This document shows positions 1-10,148 of a stretch of 64,000 nt of DNA, piece after piece. Source of the stretch: an uncultured Hyphomicrobiales bacterium (GTDB lineage: Bacteria > Bacteroidota > Ignavibacteria > Kapaibacteriales > UBA2268). The translations under genes were made by a program, and so were the position numbers. The stretch lies in the NCBI GenBank assembly GCA_964581505.1, contig CAZOOR010000004.1, positions 3,610-67,609 on the forward strand, in the 5' to 3' direction. Each line of letters opens with the position of its first letter. Position 1 is the stretch's first letter. The notes under the pieces are model-generated. The model saw nothing but the letters and a program-made list of their open reading frames with translations. It ran no database searches and had not been told where the DNA came from.

Positions 1-325
1 AACCTTAAAAATGGCTTCAAGAATTCAAAAACTTTACGAACAGATGGCTGAACCAAAATATGTTATGTCAATTGGTTCTTGTGCAAATACGGGCGGACCT
101 TATTGGAAGCACGGCTATCATGTTGTAAAAGGTGTTGATAAGATTATTCCTGTGGACGTCTTTGTTCCGGGGTGTCCGCCTCGACCCGAAGCTATGGAAG
201 AGGGTATGATGAAACTTCAAAAAATGATTAACGAACAGGCTATCTTTAATAAAAGAAAGCGTTTAGCAGAAGAAGATAAGAAAAATGCTCAGCTAAAAGA
301 AGAAACTAATATTGAAAGCAAATAA
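1..325 (+). CDS. nuoB: NADH-quinone oxidoreductase subunit B, C-terminal part (5' end outside window); carries a K/E-rich C-terminal extension
   Basis: CxxC...GCPP Fe-S motifs ([21 protein letters not shown]); first gene of the nuo series; frame open to window start. Confidence 0.85.
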   Translation, partial: TLKMASRIQKLYEQMAEPKYVMSIGSCANTGGPYWKHGYHVVKGVDKIIPVDVFVPGCPPRPEAMEEGMMKLQKMINEQAIFNKRKRLAEEDKKNAQLKEETNIESK

Positions 326-327
326 TT

Positions 328-804
328 ATGACTGCAAACGACATATTTGAAAAACTTAAAGTTGAATTCGGAGATGCAATCATCGAATTGAAAGACGAGG
401 CACCATCAGACCCGGCTATAACGGTTGATGCATCTAAAATATTCGATATTTGCCATACTTTACGTGATGACAATACTTTTCTTTTTGACTATCTAAGCTG
501 TCTTAGCGGTCTGGATAAAAAAGAGGAATTGCAAGTTGTTTATCATTTATATTCAATGGCTCATAAGCACACAATAGTTATAAAGGCATCTGTTGCAAAG
601 GATAACCCGCATATTCCTTCTGTAGAAAGAATTTGGAAAGCGGCAGATTGGCACGAAAGAGAAGCCTATGATATGTTGGGTATCATTTTCGATGGACATC
701 ACAATTTGATTCGGATTCTAACTCCTTATGATTGGGAAGGCTTTCCGCTTAGGAAAGACTACAAAGAACCCGAATATTACAACGGCATTAAAGTGTCATA
801 TTAA
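328..804 (+). CDS. nuoC: NADH-quinone oxidoreductase subunit C (30 kDa), not fused to NuoD
   Basis: 158 aa, conserved ERE/YDxLG (HEREAYDMLGIIFDGH) region; position between nuoB and nuoD. Confidence 0.85.
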   Translation: MTANDIFEKLKVEFGDAIIELKDEAPSDPAITVDASKIFDICHTLRDDNTFLFDYLSCLSGLDKKEELQVVYHLYSMAHKHTIVIKASVAKDNPHIPSVERIWKAADWHEREAYDMLGIIFDGHHNLIRILTPYDWEGFPLRKDYKEPEYYNGIKVSY

Positions 805-839
805 TATCATAGATTAATTTATTAAAAGAAGATAAAAAT

Positions 840-1994
840 ATGAGCGACAAAAAAAGAATAGACTTCAATTATAGTCAGATTGAATCCGACAGAATGCGAC
901 TCAATGTAGGTCCTCAGCATCCTTCGACACACGGCGTGCTAAGGCTCGAGGTTGAAATTGACGGTGAAATCGTTACGGAAGTTGTACCGCATATCGGTTA
1001 CCTTCATCGTTGTTTCGAGAAGTATTCGGAAAATTTAAGCTACAATCAGGTTGTTCCCTACGTTGATAGAATGGATTATGTTTCCGCTATGAACAATGAA
1101 TGGCCCTACGTTATGGCTGTCGAAAAACTACTTGATATTAAACTCTCGGATAAAGTTGAATATATCAGAGTCATAATGGCTGAGCTTAATCGTATTGCCA
1201 ATCATCAAATAGCCGTTGCTACATTCGGTCTTGATGCAGGCGCCTTCACTCCTTTTCTCTACTTTTTCCGTGATAGAGAATTTATTCTCTGGATTTTCGA
1301 GAAAAGTTCGGGTGCCAGACTTCTGTTTAACTATTTCCGTGTTGGTGGCTTAGCACACGATGTTTATCCCGATTTCAAAGATGATGTTAGAAAAGTCATT
1401 AAACAAATTCGCAATACCAATAAAGAAGTAATGGACTTACTTATTTATAACAAAATATTTATTGACCGTACTGCAAACGTTGGTATATTACCTCCCGATG
1501 TTGCAATTAACTATGCAGTTAGCGGGCCTACCCTTCGCGGCTCGGGTTACAAATGGGATTTGCGTAAAGATGAACCATATTCCGTATATGACAGATTTGA
1601 TTTTGATGTAGCCGTTGGTAAAGGCGAAGTCGGTACACTCGGTGATACTTGGGATAGAAATATTGTTCGTATGTACGAAATGGAAGAAAGTTGCAAAATC
1701 ATAGAACAAGCATTAGAACAAATGCCTGACGAAGGTGATGTGCAAGAAGCTATCCCTGCAAAACTAAAAACACCAAAAGATGCCGAAGTATATGTCAAAG
1801 CCGAAAATCCAAAGGGTGAACTTGGATTTTATGTAGTCAGTAACGGACGCGACAAGCCCGAAAGGGTAAAAGCACGTGGCACCAGTTTTGTCAATCTTGC
1901 AGTATTACCCGAAATATCAAAGGGATATATGTTTGCCGATTTAATTCTTATTCTCGGTAGCATTGATATAGTTTTGGGCGAAGTTGATAGATAA
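840..1994 (+). CDS. nuoD: NADH-quinone oxidoreductase subunit D (49 kDa)
   Basis: 384 aa; RLNVGPQHPSTHGVLRL signature of the 49 kDa/NiFe-hydrogenase large-subunit-like family. Confidence 0.92.
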   Translation: MSDKKRIDFNYSQIESDRMRLNVGPQHPSTHGVLRLEVEIDGEIVTEVVPHIGYLHRCFEKYSENLSYNQVVPYVDRMDYVSAMNNEWPYVMAVEKLLDIKLSDKVEYIRVIMAELNRIANHQIAVATFGLDAGAFTPFLYFFRDREFILWIFEKSSGARLLFNYFRVGGLAHDVYPDFKDDVRKVIKQIRNTNKEVMDLLIYNKIFIDRTANVGILPPDVAINYAVSGPTLRGSGYKWDLRKDEPYSVYDRFDFDVAVGKGEVGTLGDTWDRNIVRMYEMEESCKIIEQALEQMPDEGDVQEAIPAKLKTPKDAEVYVKAENPKGELGFYVVSNGRDKPERVKARGTSFVNLAVLPEISKGYMFADLILILGSIDIVLGEVDR

Positions 1995-2038
1995 ATTAAA
2001 GATGAATAAAATTAATTTAACATAAAACGGTTTCTATA

Positions 2039-3091
2039 ATGGATGGAACTAATTACTTAATAAACCTACTTGGCGACAATCTGCTAACAATACTGATAAT
2101 TAGCATAATACCTCTGGTATTCCTAATTGTTTACGCATTGCTCGCCATTCTCGGGGAACTAAAAATTTCTGCATTTATTCAGGAACGATTGGGACCTATG
2201 AGGACAGGTCCTTGGGGTACATTACAGCCGCTAGCCGAAGTAGTCAAATTATTACAAAAGGAAGACATAACACCGGATACGGCAAATAAACCCCTATTCA
2301 ATCTTGCTCCGTTTATTGTATTTACGGGCGCTTATGCGGCATTTGCCGTAATACCTTTCAGCCGCTATTTTGTTCCTTCGGGGATAAATCTAGGGCTGTT
2401 CTATATTTTTGCAGTCGGTTCAATTGCCGCTGTCGGTATCTTTATGGGTGCATGGGCTTCCGATAACAAATACTCTATAATCGGTGCTATGCGTTCTGTT
2501 TCCCAGCTGATTTCTTATGAAATTCCCGGTGCTATGGCAATACTTTCTATTGCAGTACTTGCATCAAGCTTGAATATGCAGGTAATCAACCAGCAACAAA
2601 GCGGATGGTTTTGGAACTGGTTTATCTTCGGTGGTGCCGGTGCAATTGATAAAATTTGGGTTATACCTTTCACTCTTGGCATTGCTTTAATATATATGAT
2701 AGCATCACTTGCCGAGACTAACAGAACACCTTTCGATATACCCGAAGGCGAGTCGGAACTTGTTGCAGGTTATCATACCGAGTATTCAGGAATGAAATTT
2801 GCAATGTTTTTCTTTGCCGAATATGCCAATATGTTTGTTGTTGCCGCAATAATTGCAACTGCATTCCTCGGTGGCTGGAACTCACCATTCGGTGATTTTA
2901 TGTCCGGTCCTATTTGGGATATTCTCTGGTTTATTGCAAAGGCTTTCTTTGTGATATTTGTTCAGATTTGGCTCAGATGGACATTGCCGCGATTTAGAGT
3001 TGACCAATTAATGCAATTCGGGTGGAAAATACTATTACCGCTTTCGTTTATATGTTTTCTCGCAATTAGTTTATATAAAATGCTTATATAA
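2039..3091 (+). CDS. nuoH: NADH-quinone oxidoreductase subunit H (membrane)
   Basis: 350 aa polytopic; GWASDNKYSIIGAMRSVSQLISYEIP and ETNRTPFDIPEGESELVAGYHTEYSG motifs; follows nuoD directly (no nuoEFG). Confidence 0.92.
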   Translation: MDGTNYLINLLGDNLLTILIISIIPLVFLIVYALLAILGELKISAFIQERLGPMRTGPWGTLQPLAEVVKLLQKEDITPDTANKPLFNLAPFIVFTGAYAAFAVIPFSRYFVPSGINLGLFYIFAVGSIAAVGIFMGAWASDNKYSIIGAMRSVSQLISYEIPGAMAILSIAVLASSLNMQVINQQQSGWFWNWFIFGGAGAIDKIWVIPFTLGIALIYMIASLAETNRTPFDIPEGESELVAGYHTEYSGMKFAMFFFAEYANMFVVAAIIATAFLGGWNSPFGDFMSGPIWDILWFIAKAFFVIFVQIWLRWTLPRFRVDQLMQFGWKILLPLSFICFLAISLYKMLI

Positions 3092-3132
3092 GTCGATTGG
3101 TGATGATTAAAGTAAATGTGGAAATGGAGTAA

Positions 3133-3780
3133 ATGACTATGATAAAATATTTTAAAAATATGTGGTTGGGTTTGTGGACAGTTTTTGTCGGCATGAAAAT
3201 CACTATTATTCACTTGTTCAGACCTAATGTTACAATTCAGTATCCAAATGAGAGATTCCCAATTCCGGACGGAAGCGACGGAACTCATGTGGGTCGTAAC
3301 AGACTTGAAATGGATATGGATTTGTGCGAAGGTTGTCGCCGTTGTGCTAGAATCTGCCCTGTTGATTGTATTGATATTGAGACAATTATGGTAGTCAAAA
3401 CAGTCGAACAACCGCTTCTGAGCAATGGAGAAAAAAGACCTCTTTGGGTGCCTAAATATGAAATTGATTTCGGTAAATGCTGCTTCTGCGGACTTTGCAC
3501 TACTGTTTGTCCTACCGATGCAATATATCATACTACCGAATTTGAATATTCTACGTACAAGCTTGAAGGCAAAGAAGAATATTGGTTAGACAAAAAAGAC
3601 AAATACGACAAGGCGTTGCTTTATAGTTTTGTCAATAAACCAAAAGAGTTCTTCGACGAAAAAGCCGCTATTCTTGCGGAAGACAAAAAACGCAAAGCCG
3701 CCGCAAAAGCGGCAAAAGCTAAAGAAGCCGCTGCTAAAAAAGCAGCCGAAGAAAAAGATAACAAAAAAGAAAATGATTAA
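3133..3780 (+). CDS. nuoI: NADH-quinone oxidoreductase subunit I (2x[4Fe-4S]) with K/A-rich C-terminal tail
   Basis: two CxxCxxCxxxCP ferredoxin motifs (CEGCRRCARICP; CCFCGLCTTVCP); last ~45 aa are AKAAKAKEAAAKKAAEEKDNKK low-complexity. Confidence 0.88.
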   Translation: MTMIKYFKNMWLGLWTVFVGMKITIIHLFRPNVTIQYPNERFPIPDGSDGTHVGRNRLEMDMDLCEGCRRCARICPVDCIDIETIMVVKTVEQPLLSNGEKRPLWVPKYEIDFGKCCFCGLCTTVCPTDAIYHTTEFEYSTYKLEGKEEYWLDKKDKYDKALLYSFVNKPKEFFDEKAAILAEDKKRKAAAKAAKAKEAAAKKAAEEKDNKKEND

Positions 3781-3804
3781 ATATTAAATAACTGAAAAAA
3801 CATT

Positions 3805-4305
3805 ATGGATTTAGTTGTTTTAACATACTACTTTTTAGCAGGACTGGTAATCGCATCGGCAGCAGTTGTTGTTTTCTCGAAGAACATAATGTATTCGGCA
3901 TTCGCACTGCTATTTACACTATTTGGGATTGCCGGATTATATGTCTTGCTTAATGCTGACTTTATGGCTGTTACTCAAATAATGGTTTATATTGGCGGTA
4001 TTCTTGTACTGATTATTTTCGGTATAATGCTTACCACGAAAGTAACAGGAGTAAATATAAGAACCGGCACTTTGGGAACTGTGCAGAAGTCTCTGGCAGG
4101 TTTGCTATCACTCCTATTTGCCATATCGCTTATCGTAGTATTCAATAGTACAAAGTGGTTCATTGCCGATTACAAGCCCGAACCGAGTACTATTAATCAA
4201 ATTGGTAACGAATTGTTAACAAATTACTTGCTCGCATTCGAAGCGGCGTCAGTATTATTACTGATTGCTATTATCGGTGCGGCATTGATTGCAAGAAGAA
4301 AATAA
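3805..4305 (+). CDS. nuoJ: NADH-quinone oxidoreductase subunit J
   Basis: 166 aa, 5 predicted TM helices, operon position. Confidence 0.8.
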   Translation: MDLVVLTYYFLAGLVIASAAVVVFSKNIMYSAFALLFTLFGIAGLYVLLNADFMAVTQIMVYIGGILVLIIFGIMLTTKVTGVNIRTGTLGTVQKSLAGLLSLLFAISLIVVFNSTKWFIADYKPEPSTINQIGNELLTNYLLAFEAASVLLLIAIIGAALIARRK

Positions 4306-4323
4306 AATTAGATAGGAAAAAAT

Positions 4324-4632
4324 ATGAGTTTAGGACTGACACATTTCCTTACAATTAGCGCGATTTTATTCTCATTGGGATTGTATGGTATTATTACAAG
4401 AAAAAATGCCATTATGGTACTTATGGGTCTTGAATTGATATTAAATTCAGCTAATATCAATTTTATTGCTTTCGCAAAATACGGCGGATTAATCATCGAA
4501 GGACACGTTGCGGCGATTTTTGTTATTATTCTCGCTGCCGCCGAAGCCGCTGTCGCTCTTGCGATTGTGCTGAATATTTATCAAAACTGGAAGCATATCA
4601 ATGTTGATGAAGTTGATACGCTGAAAGACTAA
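4324..4632 (+). CDS. nuoK: NADH-quinone oxidoreductase subunit K
   Basis: 102 aa, 3 TM, conserved GLELILNSANINF-type segment. Confidence 0.88.
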   Translation: MSLGLTHFLTISAILFSLGLYGIITRKNAIMVLMGLELILNSANINFIAFAKYGGLIIEGHVAAIFVIILAAAEAAVALAIVLNIYQNWKHINVDEVDTLKD

Positions 4633-4670
4633 ATAATTGTAAATGATTTTCAATTAAATAAAAACGTATT

Positions 4671-6827
4671 ATGACACAAGAAACAATACTCCGATTATTG
4701 ACGATAATACTGGTGCTACCACTATTAAGTTTTATCATCAATGTATTCTGGGGTAAAAAACTTGGAAAAGCAAGTTCATATATCGGTACTGCTATACTCG
4801 GTACCGACCTGATTCTTGCTATCATAGTATTTATAGGAAAATACTTCTCTCACCCGGACGTGAATTACCTACAATTCAAATTTGAATGGTTCAATCTCGG
4901 AGACATTAAGTTTGTTGTAGGTTTCGGTGCAGATAACGTGGCGGTCGTTATGCTATTGGTAGTTACTCTTATCAGTACTCTCGTCCACCTCTTCTCTACC
5001 GAATATATGGCGGGTGATAAAAGATTTTCCAGATACTATGCATATCTGGGACTATTTACGTTCTCGATGCTTGGCATAGTCATTGCCAACAACTTTTTAT
5101 TTATGTATATATTCTGGGAGCTTGTCGGTATAAGTTCCTACCTGCTAATTGGTTTCTGGTACGAGAAGCAATCTGCGGCTGATGCCGGTAAGAAAGCTTT
5201 TCTAACCAATAGAATAGGTGATTTCGGTTTCTTTATCGGAATTATGATTCTATATATGACTTATGGTACTACTATGTTTGATGATATTTTCCATAGTATG
5301 AGTCAAGGTATTATACCTTTTGATAGTGGTACAATATTAACAATTGCAGGTATAGGTATTTTTGCCGGTGCTATCGGCAAATCGGCGCAATGGCCATTAC
5401 ACGTTTGGCTTCCCGATGCAATGGAAGGTCCTACTCCTGTAAGTGCCTTAATTCACGCCGCTACTATGGTTGCCGCAGGTGTATATCTTGTAGCGAGAGC
5501 ATTCCCGATATTTACAGCCGATGCACTAACATTCATTGCTATTATCGGTACAATTACAGCGTTCGTCGCCGCTACAATAGCAGTTACTCAGCTTGATTTC
5601 AAGAAAGTATTAGCATACTCTACTGTTAGTCAGTTGGGATATATGGTGATGTCGCTCGGTGTAGGTGGATATACTAACGGATTTTTCCATTTGGTTACAC
5701 ACGCTTGGTTCAAAGCCGCTTTGTTTTTGGCTTCCGGTTCGGTTATTCATGCAATGCACCACGCAATGGTCAAGATGAACGACCACCATTCCGACCCGCA
5801 AGATATTACAAATATGGGCGGATTGCGAAAAACAATGCCATGGACTTATGCAACATTTCTTTGGGTAACGATTACTATTTCGGGTGTACCTTTAACATCT
5901 GGATTTCTAAGTAAAGACGGTATTCTCGGTGGCACACTCGCTTGGGCAGACCTCGCCGGTGGCGGTTGGCATTGGCTCGTTCCCCTATTAGGTTTTGCGG
6001 CAGCAGGTCTTACTGCTTTCTATATGTTCCGTTTAACAATTGTTGCATTCCACGGAAAGCACAAAACAGAACTTGCATCACATACTCATGAAAACCGCTG
6101 GCCTATTATTTTGCCTTTGGTTCTATTGGCATTTTTATCATTCTGGTTCATTTATTCGCCGAACCCGATTGACGCTTCTGCCGGCTGGTTCCATCAGAGT
6201 ATTAAACAACCTGCTTCTGTTGTTCCTGCCGAATACCAATGGGATTTCTTGCAGATTGAAAAGCATGATGCTCACGAGCAGATTGCGGAACATCAGGAAG
6301 CAAGCGGTGAACATAGTGAAGGTGCGGCACACGCAGGACATCATTATTTGAACAAATTTCAGGAAGTATCACATCATTACCATATGCCTGCAATGATATT
6401 ATCATTATTAATTGCCGGCAGTGGAATTCTTTTAGCGTTCCTGATTTATCAATTTAAAATATTCAACGCAGATAAATTAGCAGAGCAGTTCAAGAAATTG
6501 CACAAGCTTACTTTCAATAAATGGTATTTTGATGAAATTTATTATAGTACGGTGATTGCAGGTACTATCGGACTGGGAAAAATTATGGCTTGGTTCGATA
6601 ATAAAATCATTGACGGTATGGTTAATCTAAGCGCAACAATTACTAATTTCTTCGGACAAGCTACTGCTTGGTTTGATAATGTATTTGTTGATGGTTTTGT
6701 GAATTTAACCGCCAATGTTACAGGCTTTTTCGGTGCTGTTTTGCGAAAAACACAAACAGGGCGAGTGCAGACATATTTAATTTTGGCTGTTATCGGACTG
6801 TTTTGTATAGTATATTTTCTAATATAA
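4671..6827 (+). CDS. nuoL: NADH-quinone oxidoreductase subunit L (antiporter-like), unusually long with His-rich insertions
   Basis: 718 aa; Mrp/NuoL family motifs (WLPDAMEGPTPVSALIHAATMVAAGVYL); His-rich segments HAMHHAMVKMNDHH and HDAHEQIAEHQEASGEHSEGAAHAGHH. Confidence 0.9.
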   Translation: MTQETILRLLTIILVLPLLSFIINVFWGKKLGKASSYIGTAILGTDLILAIIVFIGKYFSHPDVNYLQFKFEWFNLGDIKFVVGFGADNVAVVMLLVVTLISTLVHLFSTEYMAGDKRFSRYYAYLGLFTFSMLGIVIANNFLFMYIFWELVGISSYLLIGFWYEKQSAADAGKKAFLTNRIGDFGFFIGIMILYMTYGTTMFDDIFHSMSQGIIPFDSGTILTIAGIGIFAGAIGKSAQWPLHVWLPDAMEGPTPVSALIHAATMVAAGVYLVARAFPIFTADALTFIAIIGTITAFVAATIAVTQLDFKKVLAYSTVSQLGYMVMSLGVGGYTNGFFHLVTHAWFKAALFLASGSVIHAMHHAMVKMNDHHSDPQDITNMGGLRKTMPWTYATFLWVTITISGVPLTSGFLSKDGILGGTLAWADLAGGGWHWLVPLLGFAAAGLTAFYMFRLTIVAFHGKHKTELASHTHENRWPIILPLVLLAFLSFWFIYSPNPIDASAGWFHQSIKQPASVVPAEYQWDFLQIEKHDAHEQIAEHQEASGEHSEGAAHAGHHYLNKFQEVSHHYHMPAMILSLLIAGSGILLAFLIYQFKIFNADKLAEQFKKLHKLTFNKWYFDEIYYSTVIAGTIGLGKIMAWFDNKIIDGMVNLSATITNFFGQATAWFDNVFVDGFVNLTANVTGFFGAVLRKTQTGRVQTYLILAVIGLFCIVYFLI

Positions 6828-6866
6828 AATGAGAATTATTAAAAATAAATATAATCCGGAGGATTA

Positions 6867-8504
6867 ATGCAAGGGTCAATAGGATTTCCAATTTTAACCT
6901 GGATAACATTTCTCCCAATTTTGGGTATGCTCATCACCTGGATGATACCCTCAGGTAAAGATGAGAAAAGTAAAGAAGTTTCTAACAAGCTAATCAGATG
7001 GACAGCCGTAGGAATTACGTTCATTCAGCTGATATTAGCAGTAATTATTTTTATGAACTTCAATTATTCCATGACAGGAGTAAACGAATTGAATGGATTT
7101 CAGTTTGTCGAAAAAGTTCCGTGGATAAAAGCTTCCTTACCTCTGATTGGTGATGTGAAAATCGAATACTTTATGGGTATTGATGGTATAAGCGCCCCTA
7201 TGGTGCTTTTAACCGCACTAATCTGTTTTGTTGCTGTATTTCCATCATTCAATATTACCAAAGCAGTAAAAGGATACTTTGCAATGTATCTTTTACTAGA
7301 TACAGGTATGATGGGTGTTTTTAGTGCAATGGATTTCTTCCTTTTCTACGTATTCTGGGAATTGATGTTACTTCCGATGTACTTCCTAATCGGTATTTGG
7401 GGCGGACCTCGTAAAGAATATGCCGCCATCAAGTTCTTTATTTATACGCTAATCGGCTCGGTATTTATGCTTCTCGTTATGATTGGCTTATATTTCAGTG
7501 TCGGTTCGTTCAATATGCTTGATATGATGGACCCGTCCAAATATATTGACGGTTCTTTATTTGCAGGTTTTGATACGACTATACGATATGTAGCATTTAT
7601 GGCATTATTTATAGGATTTGCCATCAAGGTACCATCCGTTCCATTCCATACTTGGTTGCCGGACGCACACGTGGAAGCTCCGACACCTATTTCTGTTATA
7701 CTTGCCGGTGTGCTATTGAAGATGGGTACTTATGGAATGATACGTATTGCTTTCCCGATGTTCCCTGATGCAGTCGGCTATTTCCAAAGTCTGATTGTTT
7801 GGATTGGAGTGATAAGCATTATCTACGGCGCCCTATGTGCCCTTGGTCAGCATAAGATAGGCAAGCGTGATTTGAAAAAAATGATTGCATATTCATCTGT
7901 TTCCCACATGGGTTATGTACTGCTCGGAATGGCATCTATGCGTCCCGAAGGTATGATTGGTGCAATATTCCAAATGTTCAATCACGGTACTATTACAGCT
8001 ATGCTCTTTATGATTGTGGGAGTTATTTATGACCGCTCGCATACAAGAGGTTTAGACGACTTCGGTGGTCTGGCTAACAAAATGCCGATTTATACAGGCG
8101 TGATGTCAATTGCATTCTTTGCCGCTATCGGTTTACCGGGTCTAAGTGGCTTTGTTAGTGAAGTACTAATATTTCTCGGTGCATTTAACACATATCCAGT
8201 GCAAACGATTATTGCCGCTCTCGGTATTATCTTGGGTGCCGCCTATATGCTTTGGGCATTGCAGAAGGTATTCTTTGGGAAATTACCGGAAAAATGGCAG
8301 GGACCTTGGGACCCGACACACAAGAAATATAAGACTGACGATATTAGCGGGTTAGAACTTACTGCTCTTGTTCCGCTTGCAATTATCATCATTTATTTGG
8401 GCATTATGCCTAATCCGATTATCAATATTATGCAGACCTCTGTCAATCATTTTATTGATATAATGAAGCCATTTGTTCAAATTGGCGGCATTTCAGGAAT
8501 GTAA
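6867..8504 (+). CDS. nuoM: NADH-quinone oxidoreductase subunit M
   Basis: 545 aa; WLPDAHVEAPTPISVILAGVLLKMGTYG antiporter-like motif. Confidence 0.9.
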   Translation: MQGSIGFPILTWITFLPILGMLITWMIPSGKDEKSKEVSNKLIRWTAVGITFIQLILAVIIFMNFNYSMTGVNELNGFQFVEKVPWIKASLPLIGDVKIEYFMGIDGISAPMVLLTALICFVAVFPSFNITKAVKGYFAMYLLLDTGMMGVFSAMDFFLFYVFWELMLLPMYFLIGIWGGPRKEYAAIKFFIYTLIGSVFMLLVMIGLYFSVGSFNMLDMMDPSKYIDGSLFAGFDTTIRYVAFMALFIGFAIKVPSVPFHTWLPDAHVEAPTPISVILAGVLLKMGTYGMIRIAFPMFPDAVGYFQSLIVWIGVISIIYGALCALGQHKIGKRDLKKMIAYSSVSHMGYVLLGMASMRPEGMIGAIFQMFNHGTITAMLFMIVGVIYDRSHTRGLDDFGGLANKMPIYTGVMSIAFFAAIGLPGLSGFVSEVLIFLGAFNTYPVQTIIAALGIILGAAYMLWALQKVFFGKLPEKWQGPWDPTHKKYKTDDISGLELTALVPLAIIIIYLGIMPNPIINIMQTSVNHFIDIMKPFVQIGGISGM

Positions 8505-8548
8505 GATTGTTTATTTATTTGAATTTTGAATAAATCGAAATATATATT

Positions 8549-10057
8549 ATGTTATCATTAGATGTTTTCGTAACAGAATTAACCAAAAGTGTGAGCCTCT
8601 TCAAACCCGAAGCGGCAATGGTTGTGGCTTTTATCGTAGCCATTGTCGGTGATTTGATTTTTAAAAAATCTAAAAGTGTTTCGGGTTATGTGGCTATCGC
8701 AGGTTTTATTGTTGCCGGTTTCTTCTTATTAGGTCAATCAGGTATCGAACATAAAACATTTGCAAACCTTTTGGTAATTGACGGATTCGGCAATTTTATG
8801 AAATGGATTATTCTAATATCCAGTTTTATTGTTGTGCTGATGTCCTTTTTCTCAAAAGAACTTTATTCCGAAGACCGTTCTCTCGGCGAGTATTACTCTA
8901 TCATAATCGGTATGACTTTCGGTATGTTTCTGCTTATCAGCTCTACCAACTTGATTATGATTTATCTCGCAATAGAAACGATGTCCTTGTCTTCATATTT
9001 ATTAGCCGGTTACACAAAGGAAATCAAACGTTCGAGCGAAGCCTCGCTTAAATATTTGATTTTCGGCGCTGTTTCGTCAGGTATTATGCTTTATGGTATG
9101 TCGCTAGTTTTCGGCTTGACCGGTTCTCTAAATTTATATGTGATTAATGATTTTCTTAACGCAAATCCGGTAAACAATTTCACTATTCTCCTATCAGGGT
9201 TAATGATAATTGCAGGTTTTGCATATAAGATTTCAGCCGTACCTTTTCATTTCTGGACACCAGACGTTTACGAAGGCGCCCCTGTAACAATTACGGCTTA
9301 TTTATCTGTTGCTTCAAAAGCCGCCGGCTTTGCTGTTCTCCTTAGATTCATCAAAGTTACATTTATTGATGTAGGAGGCGAGAATACTCAGATTTGGTCA
9401 TTAGTTACAAATATTGATTGGCAGTATATTCTCATTATTCTTTCTGTTATCACTATGACTTTCGGTAACCTTGTTGCCGTGTGGCAATCAAATGTAAAGA
9501 GAATTCTTGCTTATTCTGCAATTGCACACGCAGGTTACTTGCTTATGGGTGTTGTTGTTTTGAACGAAATTGGTGTTGCCTCCATACTCATATATTTCTT
9601 CTTTTATATGCTTATGACTCTCGGGGCATTTTTCGTTGTGTTGCTTATTGCCAATAATATTAACAGTGAAGAACTTGATGACTATCAGGGACTTGGTTAT
9701 CGCGCTCCTATACTTGGAATAACAATGACACTATTCTTAATTTCGCTGACGGGCTTACCCCCTACTGCCGGCTTTATCGGTAAATTATATCTGTTCTCGG
9801 CAGTTATTAATTCCGGTTACATTTGGCTTGCAGTAATAGGCGTTCTGAACAGTGTAGTGTCCCTCTTCTACTATGTAAAGATATTCAAATATATGTATTT
9901 GAAAGATATTGAAAGCGATAAACCGGATTTGAAATATTCACCTGCTTCAATTATTATATTATTAATGCTTGCAATCCCTACATTGCTTTTCGGATTGTAT
10001 TTTACACCGATAATTGAATGGGCTAATAAATCTGCTGTGATTTTTCTCGGCAATTGA
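8549..10057 (+). CDS. nuoN: NADH-quinone oxidoreductase subunit N
   Basis: 502 aa, 14 TM; FHFWTPDVYEGAPVTITAYLSVASKAAGF motif; last gene of operon. Confidence 0.9.
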   Translation: MLSLDVFVTELTKSVSLFKPEAAMVVAFIVAIVGDLIFKKSKSVSGYVAIAGFIVAGFFLLGQSGIEHKTFANLLVIDGFGNFMKWIILISSFIVVLMSFFSKELYSEDRSLGEYYSIIIGMTFGMFLLISSTNLIMIYLAIETMSLSSYLLAGYTKEIKRSSEASLKYLIFGAVSSGIMLYGMSLVFGLTGSLNLYVINDFLNANPVNNFTILLSGLMIIAGFAYKISAVPFHFWTPDVYEGAPVTITAYLSVASKAAGFAVLLRFIKVTFIDVGGENTQIWSLVTNIDWQYILIILSVITMTFGNLVAVWQSNVKRILAYSAIAHAGYLLMGVVVLNEIGVASILIYFFFYMLMTLGAFFVVLLIANNINSEELDDYQGLGYRAPILGITMTLFLISLTGLPPTAGFIGKLYLFSAVINSGYIWLAVIGVLNSVVSLFYYVKIFKYMYLKDIESDKPDLKYSPASIIILLMLAIPTLLFGLYFTPIIEWANKSAVIFLGN

Positions 10058-10078
10058 GAATGAACATATTAATTCTAA

Positions 10079-10113
10079 AACGGTTGTTGCAATTTGTAAC
10101 AACCGTTTTTATT
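10079..10113 (+). terminator. Rho-independent terminator ending the nuo operon
   Basis: hairpin AACGGTTGTT..AACAACCGTT followed by TTTTTATTT. Confidence 0.7.
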
Positions 10114-10148
10114 TACTATTTATCTTATTAATTGATAGGCTTTATTAG

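Noticed and set aside
1488-1798. Antisense ORFs (73 and 83 aa) inside nuoD
   Set aside because: They lie entirely within a well-supported CDS on the opposite strand and have no motifs; typical shadow ORFs. The same reasoning applies to 2962-3531 and 3285-3500 in nuoH/nuoI.
5390-6405. Alternate-frame ORFs inside nuoL
   Set aside because: All are internal to nuoL, whose reading frame carries the conserved Mrp/NuoL motifs; these alternate frames are spurious.
8803-9051. Alternate-frame ORFs inside nuoN, ftsK, recN, ptb, the lyase and other large genes
   Set aside because: They are out-of-frame overlaps with strongly supported genes, which makes them implausible.
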